A stretch of DNA of 64,000 nucleotides from positions 10,666,001-10,730,000 of the forward strand of contig OZ249436.1 of NCBI GenBank assembly GCA_965235115.1, in the 5' to 3' direction. Positions 38,601 through 51,200 of this stretch are shown piece by piece. Under the pieces are notes generated by a model. That model was not told where the DNA came from, did no database searches, and was given only the letters and a program-made list of their open reading frames with translations. This DNA is from Laetmonice hystrix (taxonomy: Eukaryota). The first letter of the stretch is position 1. Each line of letters starts with the position of its first letter. The position numbers were made by a program, and so were the translations under genes.

Positions 38601-41600
38601 AAAATTATCAAAATTGTTACTAATTTTCTGGAGGCTTCTTTCCTCATTGAGAGAATGAAATGGATAATAGAAGGTCACTTTAATGTATTTAATTTTAAAG
38701 TTCTAAGCAGCACACAGACCAGTTGTTAGCATATTTGTAGTGGTCGGTATGTTATGTTTCAGTGGCAGTTCCTTCACAGTCACAAGGCCAAGTAAATCTT
38801 AAGGATTTAAATATTCAAAGAACGCAAGAACAGATACGGCAGAATATGCAGAAATCATTATCCCGAACGGCACCTGTAGCGAAACAGAAAGAAACTGAAC
38901 CAAAGCAGCGACCGGGTGATGGTAAGGCTCAGGTGGCTGAGGCAGACTGCAGCACCAGTGCAGAGAAGAACAGTACAGAGAATGGCGGCAACCAGCTGGC
39001 CTTGGATTTTGACATCAAGGCAGATATGAAAACAAGTGAAAAGTGTGAGAAGTTGGAGGCTTTCATAAAAAATATGATGAGAAAGGCTGACTTACTAAAC
39101 ACTACTCGAGAAGAGCAGATAGTGAAGAAACAGCAGATTTTGGAGGAGTTGCAGAAAGTGGAGAGAGAACTGCATGAAAAAGCGCAGGCCCAGATGTTAC
39201 TGTCTGGCCAGCAGCAAGCCTGGGAGTCTCACGAGGGTGAAGGAGACAACTGTCCTACATCAGCGGATGGCAAGAAGGGCGACTGTCAGGGTGAGAGTCA
39301 CCTTGATGGTGTGGATAATGTCAACCATCTGGTCGGGGATGGACCCTTGCTCCTCAATGGAATTGATGGAGAGGGAGATGTTGCCAATGGCTTGTCAGTG
39401 ATAGACCGCCTGATTGACAGTATTGTGATAGACTTGGATGTTCCTCTTAATGCTGCATATCCAGCATATCAAGAAAGTCCAGATGAGAGAGAAGAGAAAG
39501 GTGAGGGCCATGGTTGTGGATTTTTACTTAAAAGAAAATCTTTCTTCCTGTTGAGATATTATTTATAGAAGTAAAAATTAGATCTGAGCTTGTTCTTTGT
39601 TACTTCCTTTAATAAGTAATATATGATTCTTGTGTAATTTAACCATTTCTTTTTCAGGTGATGCTTCCTCTAATCTTGATAAACAAAAGACCCGCACCAT
39701 TGCCAAGCAAGAGTCGACTGGAAGTTTGGATTCCACGGGGGCAGTTTCACATACAAGTTCTGTGAACCACACACCAGCCACGGTCAGCGAAGGGGGAGAC
39801 TGCGATGCCTGCGGTTTTGCCGACCTAGGTGTGCAAGAAGTCGCAGAAAAGTTGGAGGAGCATATCAAGGGCTGTCTCAGCGACGAGGAGACTAAGGGTG
39901 ATGAAGAGGAAGAGCAAGAGGAAGAACAAGAGGAAGAACAAGAGGAGGAAGAAGAGGAGGAAGGAGAAGAGGAGGAAGAAGAAGAGGAGGAAGACGATGA
40001 AGAAGAGGACCCTAAAGAAGAAAAGGAGGAAGAAGAGGAGGATGCAGAAACGGAGTGTATGGATCAGAAAATGTTGGGTAAGGAGCAAGCAAGTCGGGCC
40101 AGCAGTGAAGAAGTTGACCTGTCTAGTGTTGTCCCTGCAGTAGAGGAGCAAACAGCATTACAAGCTGCAGAGCAGCAGGTACAGAATGCACAGCAGGTAG
40201 AGCAACTGGAACCAGATCCACAGTGTGTTGAACAAGGCATTGCAACTGGTCTGCAGGCAGAGCCAGATCTCCAGACTCAGGAGGAGCTTAATATGGGTAA
40301 GTGGTCAGCCTGTCTAAAAACAAGTTTTCTTGATTTATTGTCGGCTATGTCAGAAATGTAAAGAATAGAAGGTCAAATGTACTCTGCTGCACAATCTAGT
40401 TCTTGAATTTTTTTATTGTATGTTAACTAATGTCTCTTCTTAATTAATGTCTCTTCATGAGCTTAATCCAGTAGTCCTAAGTAATATTAATCTTCAGAGT
40501 GTGGAATGGGGTACATTAGACGCATGCGCAATGGGGATTTCAAGTCAAATCTGCAAGGCGGCAGCACTGCAAGCAGTCCTTGCTGTAGTACGTTAGCATA
40601 AGTTTAGATAGGACCAAGAAATGCTAATGTGCTGTAGGATGACCTAACCTTATCATTACTAAATAATATTAACTCATTTAGATTAAAGTGAATGATAGAA
40701 GTTTAAAAATTGTCATAACTTTTTAGAACAACTGTCGGTATGGCAACCAGCCACAGATTAGCAGATATCAGCCTATCTAATTCTATGCTAAAATGTCGCC
40801 TCCTGAACCGCTTGCACAGTGCTGCCGCCATGCGGAAAAGGCGGCGACCATGTTCCCCATTGGGGGTCAGAGCGGGTGTGCCCACCCCGTGTGCAGGGTC
40901 CCTATTCCAATGTGCCTGGATTTTTTTCAGTGCCAGTATTAAAACCTTATATTAACTACTAGGTTATCAATTGTTTTACTTGTGAACCCTAGACCAGGAA
41001 TCCTCGCTTAGTTTGTGTGGTCAATTTGGTCTAAGCGTGCAGTTTATGCCAGCTTGGATGGCAGCACCAATGGGGGAATCACAGAGCAAATGAATGGCAG
41101 GTGCAAGAGGGAAATGGTCAAGTGCGTCACAACAGGCGCAAAAGGTCATGATATGGTCCACCGTACCCAAAAATAATATGCACCCCGAATTTCACACCAT
41201 GATTGTCCCTCAAGCTTTACATTTTAAAGGAAATACGTTGGACATATTGGCATGATATGGTTTGTGTCCCCAGCTGCCGGCATGATGCTACAACCACTGT
41301 GTAAGGATGGTCAGGCTGCAGCCCTTGCCTTGGCTGGTCAGATGGTGACTGTCCAGGGACTGGACCAGCAGACACTGCAGCAACTGCAGACACTTCCCCT
41401 TCACACGGTTCTGGAACAAAGTGTGGCCGCAGCAACATCCACCGCAGCAGCCTTGGACCAGCAGCACCAACAGTTGCAGCAGCAGCGTCAACAATTGCAG
41501 AACCAGCTGGCGCTCCAGCAACAGTTACAGGCCGAACTGCAGCAACAACTCAAGTTGCAGCAGGAACACCAGCAGCTGCAACAGCAGTTGAAGCAGCAGC

Positions 41601-42128
41601 AAGCTTTGACCCAGCAGATGGAGTTACAGCAGCTGACAAAGCATCCGAAGTTCCAGCAGTTTCAGGTAATTTTTTTTAACCTTAAATATGTGGGGTTTGT
41701 TGCGATCTTCTTTTGAGTTTCAGTGTGAATTCTGTTCTTTAGTATAGACTTAATATGCCAAGGTGCGTTTTTGAGCACCTTTGCCACAGTGTACACAATA
41801 GTAATTATTTTGTATTCAAGGGCAGAGCATCTCTAATTCTTCGTTTCAAAATTAAAAGTATTATCCGAGTTATGCATGTTCAGTGTGACATTTTTTCTTT
41901 TTACAGTTTGGTGATGCGGGACAAGGCCAGTTGGGGGAAGTTAAGGAGACAGCTACTGATGGCACTGCAACGGGCAACAGGAAACCATCTCCCACGTTGC
42001 AAAAACTTCAAGCTCAAGCTGCCAGAGTACTCCCACCACCAACCCGGCAGAAGTTTCAGGCGCAGATGGCCAGAGTTGCCCCACACCTTGCATCAGAAAC
42101 CGGTGTGCAGCAACCGAGCCAACTTGAT

Positions 42129-42205
<77 letters not shown>

Positions 42206-42245
42206 ACAGCAGCCGCAGCAGCAGCAGCAGCAGCAGCCACAACAG

Positions 42246-42295
<50 letters not shown>

Positions 42296-45200
42296 ACATC
42301 AGCTGAAGCTTCAGCAGGTGCAGCACAGTCTGCAGCAGCAGTTGGCGCAAGTGTCCCATCAGGTGAGTTATAAAACTTGTGATACCTTGTGGTAAATGTT
42401 CCTTACAAGTTAATTTCTTTATTGAAAGTGTCTGCAAGGCATTTAGTGTCTCAGCAGTGTAAATAAGAAATCTACTTTGTACTACGTAGGTGCAACAGCT
42501 GCAAGCAAGCCAGCAGCTGACCCAGCAGGAGCTACTTGCTCAGGCCCAGCAGCTCCAACAACAGCTGCAGCAAGCTCAGCAGCTCCAGCAGCTGATGCAA
42601 CAAAAGCATGTCACCCAGCAGCTGACACAGCAGCTTACACAGCAAGACCTTCTACAGCAGGCCCAGCAGCTACAGCAGCAGTTGCAGCAAGCTCAGCAAC
42701 TGCAACAGCTTGCTCAACAACAGAAGCAGTTTACAGATTATCAGGTAATGAATCATAAAAGGGTTGGGAATGTTGTCTGGAAGGACTATGGAATCCACTG
42801 ACCTTTGATCCCATGAATAGGAAATCATCAAACCCATTAAATGTTTGTTATGCACGATTAAACCTAATCACCAAAATGAAGGATGAACGTTAATTATTTT
42901 AACAGGGGAATACTGTGTAGATATACTGAAGTCTTCCATTGGGAAGCTTTAAGCATTGAATACAAAATACTGTTTGCGATAAGGTGAAAAGAAGATGTAA
43001 ATTTTTTAAGTGGCAGTGTGCATCATTGAACTAACAGATAAATAGCAGATAAATTTTTAGAGTAACTCTGAAAGTAAAGTGTGACCATGTTATATTCAGG
43101 GCACTCAAAAGAAGTCGAAGAAAAAGAACAGTGCCACCTGCATGCTGCACAGTGGCCAGGCCTTGCCGTTAACACACACCCTGAACTATGGGACAACAGC
43201 AGTGACAGGTTTGACTGGGACCAGCTTTGAAGCCATCACTCCTCCGTCCTCGACCCCTCTCACACCCAACCCTTCTCCAGCATCACCCCAGATTTGTCCT
43301 CCTATGTACCCTGCCATTGACCTGGATGCGCAGACAGAAAGCAACCACGATACAGCCCTAACTCTGGCATGTGCTGGGGGCCACATGGACTTGGTCAGCC
43401 TCCTCCTCGGACGGGGAGCAGACATAGAACACCGAGATAAAAAAGGTTCGCTTCTTAATCTTTTATAATATTATTACTCAATGTATACATGAGGAGCTGT
43501 AAAATTAAATGGGTAATAAGCCATGATCACTTTTATCCAATAATATCTTTAGTATTTGTAACCCTGTATTAACTGTTCTCTCAATGTGATCTTATTGTCA
43601 TTGCAGGATTTACCCCACTGATTCTAGCAGCCACTGCTGGCCATTCCGATGTGGTAGAGATGTTGCTTGATAATGGCGCTGATATTGAAGCTCAGTCAGA
43701 AAGAACCAAAGATACTCCTCTCTCCTTAGCTTGTTCTGGTGGACGCTATGAGGTAAGCATCTGAAATATGTTTGCATTGTATGGTATGCAAGGCAGAAGG
43801 TTCCTGTACCTTCAGAAAATAAAGAAAGGCTGCATTAGATAATTATAAATTTTTACAGATGTTTTGAAGTAATATATATGGCATGGGGACGCATGTACTA
43901 TTGAAAAAGGTTTTAAAACAATATGTATACATTTTTATCTGTCCCTTTGTCACTTGTGCATGAAAATATTGTGTAAATGATGTGTACCGGTAGATGTAGG
44001 TAAGGAGGTGAGTAATGCTGTCGGATTTCTTACAGGTTGTAGAGCTGCTGTTGGCCAGGGGAGCAAACAAAGAACACCGTAATGTTTCGGACTACACTCC
44101 TCTCAGCCTGGCGGCATCTGGAGGATACGTTAACATCATCAAACTTCTCCTTAGTCATGGGGCAGAAATCAATTCCAGGTTAGAGAACATTTTCTCGAAT
44201 GGATTAATTGCCAACCGAATCTATGAAAAGAGTGGCTGAAAGAAATAAGAAAAGTGTGATAATCTAAATATTGTGGGAATGCAGTGCTGAGTGGATCATG
44301 AATAATGTGACCATGAAACATGCCTGGGGCTCGTTTCACTAACACTGTACAAGCTCGTATATGGCCTTATAGCTCGTAAAGAAGCAAAAACTCGTACATT
44401 TTGCTATATGATCTATAGAAAATACGAGCTCGTAAAATACGAGTGTTAAGTGAAACGGGCCCCTGAGGTTCTCCCATGTAATGCAGTGATGAGTGGGTTA
44501 TGAATAATGTGACCATGGAACATGCCTGAAGTTCTCCCATGTAATGCAGTGCTGGGTGGGTCATGAATAATGTGACCATGAAACATGCCTGAAGTTCTCC
44601 CATGTAATGCAGTGCTGGGTGGATCATGAATAATGTGACCATGGAACATGCCTGAAGTTCTCCCATGTAATGCAGTGCTGGGTGGATCATGAATAATGTG
44701 ACCATGAGACATGCCTGAAGTTCTCCCATGTAATGCAGTGCTGGGTGGATCATGAATAATGTGACCATGAGACATGCCTGAAGTTCTCCCATGTAATGCA
44801 GTGCTAAGTGGATCATGAATAATGTGACCATGAAACATGCCTGAAGTTCTCCCATGTAATGCAGTGCTGAGTGGATCATGAATAATGTGACCATGGAACA
44901 TGCCTGAAGTTCTCCCATGTAATTTATATTTCAGGACTGGTAGTAAGCTGGGAATTTCGCCTCTAATGTTGGCGGCTATGAATGGTCATACAGCGGCTGT
45001 TAAACTCCTGCTCGATATGGGATCCGACATCAATGCCCAGATTGAGACCAACCGCAACACTGCCCTCACCCTGGCTTGTTTCCAGGGTCGGCATGAAGTT
45101 GTCAGTTTGTTGGTGGATAGGAAGGCCAATATTGAACACAGAGCAAAGGTAACGTTTATATTGGCAGAACAAATTTCTAGACTTTGGAGGTATTTTTTGG

Positions 45201-48200
45201 CTTTGTTGATTCAGTTAGATTTTGTTGGGCTTGTGTGTCACAGCAGCAAAGCTTTACTGCAGATCCAAATACTTATCTTGTAATCCACCAGGTGGCGCTC
45301 ATGCATTACTCCTGCTTAAAAGTATTAGAGTACAATTGATTTTGTTACAGACTGGCCTGACTCCACTTATGGAGGCTGCCTCTGGAGGGTACGTAGAGGT
45401 TGGTCGAGTTCTCTTGGACAAGGGAGCAGATGTCAATGCTCCACCGGTTCCATCATCAAGAGATACTGCCCTCACCATCGCTGCAGATAAGGGACACTTA
45501 CGCTTTGTGGAACTACTTCTCTCCAGGTAATTTGGCAAAAAATGTAGAGGCTTTGTAACTTGATTAAAGTTTTGAAATATAGACCAGTCAAAGAATATGA
45601 AGGCCACTCACATATATTTTCAAGTTGATCAAACCATTAAATGTTATTCATGATGTTAACAAAGCTTCCTGACCTTTAAATTACCAGGAGTGCTGCAGTG
45701 GATGTGAAAAATAAGAAAGGGAACTCTCCTTTATGGCTAGCTTGCAATGGTGAGTATTAACTATTTTGTTTTAGATTGGCTTATCATTAAAATGTTGCAT
45801 AGGTAACTCCCAGTGGAGAGTATCCATCAATACCATATTGCTCTGGATTTTTGGAAGAAAAAATCGCAAGGTATGCATTCATGTATTTCCAGGTGGTCAT
45901 CTTGACGTGGTACAGTTGTTGGTCAACTCAGGGGCGGACATCGACAGCCAGGACAACCGGAAAGTGTCGTGCCTCATGGCGTCCTTCCGAAAAGGCCACA
46001 TCAAAGTCGTCAAGTGGATGGTCAAACATGTCACCCAGTTCCCGTCTGACCAGGAATGCATGCGTTACATTACCACCATTACAGATAAGGTAAGCTTATT
46101 CAAAGCAGAATGTGTATGTACTAGTTTAGAGTATTAGCATAGAGCATACCGGTAATTCTGAAAATCCTATGATATAGAATGACTAGAAAACTAAATTCAA
46201 GTTAATGTGGAACTGATTTTGATGATTGTGTTGTCTCAGTGAGAAATTGATCATCTTTTTTCCGGTTCATTATTATATTGAGAATAGATTGAATAATTTC
46301 ACAATAAAAAAAGAATAACCTAATAGTTCCTAAGGGAATCAGTATGGATAACAAGCCTTTTGTTAAAACTCAGCTGGAAAGATTTCGGAATCAATATGTT
46401 GTCTGTATTGTAGGAACTACTCAAGAAATGTCACCAGTGTATGGAAATCATTGTGAGTGCCAAGGATCGGCAGGCGGCAGAGGCTAATAGACATGCCTCA
46501 ATCCTACTGGAACAACTTGACCTGGAAAAGAGCCGTGAGGAAAATAAAAAAGCAGCTGCTGCAAGAAAGAGAGAAAAGAGAAGGCGCAAAAAGAAAGAAA
46601 AACAAGAACAAGCGCAGAGGGACAAGGAACAGGAAGAACAGAAGCAAAAGGATAACCGTAGTGTTAAGTCAAGGTAGGTACTGCATGTAATCTTTGTGGC
46701 CAAAAAGGATTAACATTCTGGGAAAAATATTGGTAGTTTTTTGTTCAGGTCTTGGCTTTGTCAGCTGTTTCACTAACACTGTCGGAACATCTGACCAGAG
46801 ACAGACTCTCTGTTGCTTGGTTGTAAGGCCTGGTATTTTTGGTCCATCATTGGTGGACTAAACCCTAGCTGTTAGTGAAACATCATTGAGATGTGGATGT
46901 TTGAAAAACTGGTCACCTCTATCATCCCAGATAAGGCTGTGACAGTGATTCCCTCTTGTTACAGTAGTAAGAACTCTACACCTGAGCCAAACAGTGAGAA
47001 AAAAGATGAAGATGACGAAGATGATGATGACGAAATTGAAGAAGATGAGAATACCATGTATACAGGCCCTCCAACAGCCAGCACTACCACCACAACTGGT
47101 ACTACACTTTTCAGTCCTTCCATAGAATTATGGAAAGTTTACTGACGCTCATAATAATTAAAGTATCTAGAGCGCTTGTCAGTTTGTCCTTACAAAGCTT
47201 ATTTCTAGAAATCCAGGGGTCACTTGTGTATTTCTAACATACCTTTTCACTTTTCAGGTGTGTCTTTCCTGTCGGGTTCCAACAAAAATAAACGTAGCCG
47301 AACGGATGTCAGCAGTAGCAATAGCAGCAGCAGTAGCGAGTCGAACAGCCGGGTGAAAATTAAAAAGAGTAAGAAAGGGGACAGAGACCAGGAGACCAGA
47401 GATGCCAATGCGGAGGTGGAGAGTGCCAAAGATCAGCCTCAGCCAACAGAGCCTGACAGAGAAGAGCGTGTTCCCGACCCACGAGTACCTTCCACGCCCT
47501 CCTCGAACAGTACACTGACTAACCCACGCCTGTCATCATCTGCCAGTAATACACGTAAAAAACGGTCTGATGCTAGCTCGGCAGCAGTGCAGCGTCACGG
47601 TATGAATAAATTTAGTTACCTATATGTAGATCATATTTTACTGTGATAACTCATTGTTTACCAGGAATACTTCTGGAAATTGGTCTATTGTTGAAGGTAA
47701 AAAGAATCAGGTTTGACAGAGGAGTTCTCCATTGGAGAAAGAAATTCTGGTGATTATATTTGTCATCAGATTGAAAGTTTTCACCTAAACATTTTAACCT
47801 TTATTACCCATTAGTTGCATCACAAATGGCATAATATAGTGAATGGTGACTTCCTATTCAGGTATTGGGGAATTGGATGACTTCCGGTTACCAGGCACTG
47901 TCAAAGCTTCTCCAAAGGAAAAAGAGAAAAATAGGAAGAACACAGACAAATCTTCAAAAGCCAACATGTAAGTATTAACAGATGGTCTATCAGTCAGTAT
48001 GAGCCTAGGCTTCTAATGCCTGAGCTTCATTGTCATTATTGATTCTAGGGGATAATTTACTTCAGAAGAATTGAAGGGATTTGAATAGCGAAGCATACTG
48101 TTTTTGAATCCCAAAGGGGTGAAATTGGGTCGCACACTGTGAAGTGATACCGGGTGAATTATGCCCTGGATTCATATGATTCATTCATACCTGTGCCTGC

Positions 48201-51200
48201 GTGATTTCTATTCATGTTGTCTGTGTAAGGTCCTGTGACATTTGTTGTTAATTTGTCATATTTCAGTGAAACCTTTGATGTACCGCTACTATCACCAGCC
48301 AAAGGGGGAGGTCCTGGTTCAAAGGGCCAAAGCATTACCAGTCCAAAGAGGGGACAGAAAAAAGAAGAAGGGTGGAAAGAAGTGATAAGAAAGTAAGTAC
48401 AGCTATTTTTTCTGTTTGTCAAAGATGGGTAATAGTAAGCCTTAAAAATAAGAGTTTCCTCAGAGGATTGAGATAGACCACATTAAACTTGCAGTAAGCA
48501 GTTACATAGTGGATCTGCATAGAGTTTTTATTTGTTCTCAACATTCATGACAGGATCCAGAACTGTAATATCACTTTGGAAACATGAACTTGAAAAAATG
48601 AACTCACTGGGAATTGTTGTTAACCATTATCTAGGTCAGGCCATGGACTAGGAAGGTCCAAGAAGGTGACTGTCCCTTCAAACGCCATAAGTCGCGTGAT
48701 TGGTAGAGGTGGCAGCAATATAAATGCCATCAGGGAAGTATCCGGAGCGCATATTGATGTTGACAAACAGAAGGGATCTGGAGACAGAGTGATCAATATC
48801 AAGTAAGTACTTGTGCTTTGTAATATCATGTAGACATATAGCAGTCCTATAGGCTGTGTACATGGTTCCCACAGGTCAGGGAAAAGTCTGGAAATTTTAT
48901 ATTGGGACCTCCTGGGCTGGGAAAAGTCCAGCAATTTGATAAATATGCCCTTAAGTCTGGGAAAAATCTGGGAATTTGACCAACAGAGTCCAGTTCTATG
49001 TGGCCGATTCACAGTCAGGCTGACCCAGGGTACCGTTCTTTAATCATCGTCCATATCCCATGCTTAGAAAAAAATGGAAGGAGACCTGAACATGGTCATG
49101 GAAAATGTCATAAAGATCCGGGAAAAGTCTGGGAATTTGGGAAAGCTGATAGCATGGGAACCATGTGTGTAAATAGTGTAAAGTACATACGATACATTGG
49201 CATTCTTTATTAAAGGACGATTTTTGTATATCGTGACTGCTGTAGTAGACTAGTAGTTACCTTTTCCTCAGCATTTTGTCCATTTACTAATACTTTCAAT
49301 GTGCAAACGTTAAAATATGTTGAGTTCTGTTTTGTGTGTGTGTTTTTTTTTGTTTTAATATAAGCATGTCTGTTGATGTCAATATTGCGGGTAAAATAGT
49401 GTGTAAAGATGAGGTGGTTACCTGTTGCAGGGGGAGTGTCGAGGCGACTAGACAGGCCCATATGTTGATCACAGCCCTCATCAAGGACCCAGACAAGGAG
49501 CTCGACCATTTGCTGCCCAAGCACCGTCAGAGAGGTAGTGCAGCCATAGCCAGCTGTCCCTTCTCTGTCTCGTCAACAACCATTTCTACAGTAAACTTGT
49601 TGGGTACTTCGGTATGGCAGAACTCCATGATGAACCACATTGGGCCAGCTCTGACATCGGTTTCACCGTCGCCAGGAGGCGGGCAGTTGAAGGTGGCCAA
49701 GCTCACCACTCAGGGTACCAGTCAACCTGTCCTTACCAGCACCGTCATCTCCGTGGCGGGAGTCCACATGCAGGCACCGTTTGCCAACGTAGTGCGGCAG
49801 GCTTCTTCGGGAGGGCAGAGAGCGGGCCAGATAACTGCCCCAAGTACCCACCAACCAGCCCCTACCATGGTGCTCTCACCAAAGCGGGTTGCCACCAATG
49901 CCAGCAGTTTGAACACAAGTGCCAGTTGCAGTGGTTCAGCAGTCCTGGCCAAGAGTCCAAGCGTGGTGGCGCGACAACTGTTTCCCACAGACAGCAACAA
50001 CACATTGGTGACTACTGCGGTGAAGACTTCCATTACGTACTCTACAGTATCCATGGCCAAGACGAAGATGGTCACTGCCACCACCCCAACCTTCGCTTCG
50101 AAAGTCGACACAACCAGTCGTGCAGTCATCACCAAGGGCCAACAAAAGGGAGGAGCAGGAAACTTTACAGGAATGGGCAAGCAGAATCAAGCTCATGGCC
50201 TGGTCGTTGGTTCAGCCAAACCTTCAGAACCCCAGCCGTTACCAATAAAAACTTCAAGTGGCCAAACAATCACGCCAAACCGGGGCATGGCCAGTGGTCC
50301 TCCACCTGTGTCGGTGGCTGACTACTCTCCCTTCAATAACCGATTCAGTCGTGAGGTGTCTGAGAATATATTGGGAAAGAAAGATGACCAGCCTGACAAG
50401 ATGAATTTTGCCAGCGTGGCTGCAGCGGGGGTGGTACCCACGAGCAGTCCGATTCTCTCCAATGTGAGTCTTGGGCCTCCAGCTGTGGATCCTCAACTGG
50501 ACCAAAGCCTCCAGTCCAAGGCTCCTGGTTACAAGGCACCTGGACAACGAACCTCTTCTCCACTTGTCAGTGACCACACAGCTCCACGAGTTAAGGCTCC
50601 AGGCTACATGCCCCATTCACACCAACCCCTACACCCGCACGCCCACCTCCAGCAGGCCCGACAACCAAGTATGAGTCAGGCAGCAGTGGAAGCCCAAATG
50701 AAGTTGCTAGGTTTTGAACCTAGAAGTCTGAGCATGACTCGACCCCCGCCGGTGAATCTAGCAGATGGTGAAGTTGACCCGTCTAAGGCTCCAGGTTACA
50801 AAGGGACCAATATTGGTTATCAGGAGCTGCAGGAATCCTTGATGAGAACACCAGGATACAGGATGCAGAACCAGATGATGCAGCCCAGCCTCTCCCCGCG
50901 ATCAAACATGATGGGAAATGCCATGGGATTCTCTTCTCTTTTACAGCACCACCCAAGGGACGAGTACAGTACGCCCAACCAGCCGATGACCCTGCCTAAG
51001 ATTGAGAGCACCCTGAACCCCAACGCGCCTGATTTCACTTCGCGCACATCCTTCGAACCGTCGGGTAGACTACAGCAAATGCCAACCAACATGGTACCTC
51101 CTTTCAACAACATCGGCGCCACTGGCGGTTTGGCAGGAATGAGCGGCATGCCTCCAACCCTCAACCCGGCCAACATGACAAGCCAGGCCGGGTTTCATGT

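Noticed and set aside
41953..42437. PolyA, polyL and polyS ORFs
   Set aside because: Alternative frames and the antisense strand of the MASK CAG tract.
44367..44918. Minus-strand ORFs with 21-aa repeats; also considered as a CRISPR-like array
   Set aside because: Artefact of a 63-bp intronic minisatellite. There are no unique spacers and no cas genes.
49614..50321. 235-aa overlapping ORF in MASK exon 31
   Set aside because: Alternate frame of a long GC-rich low-complexity exon, with no independent evidence of coding.
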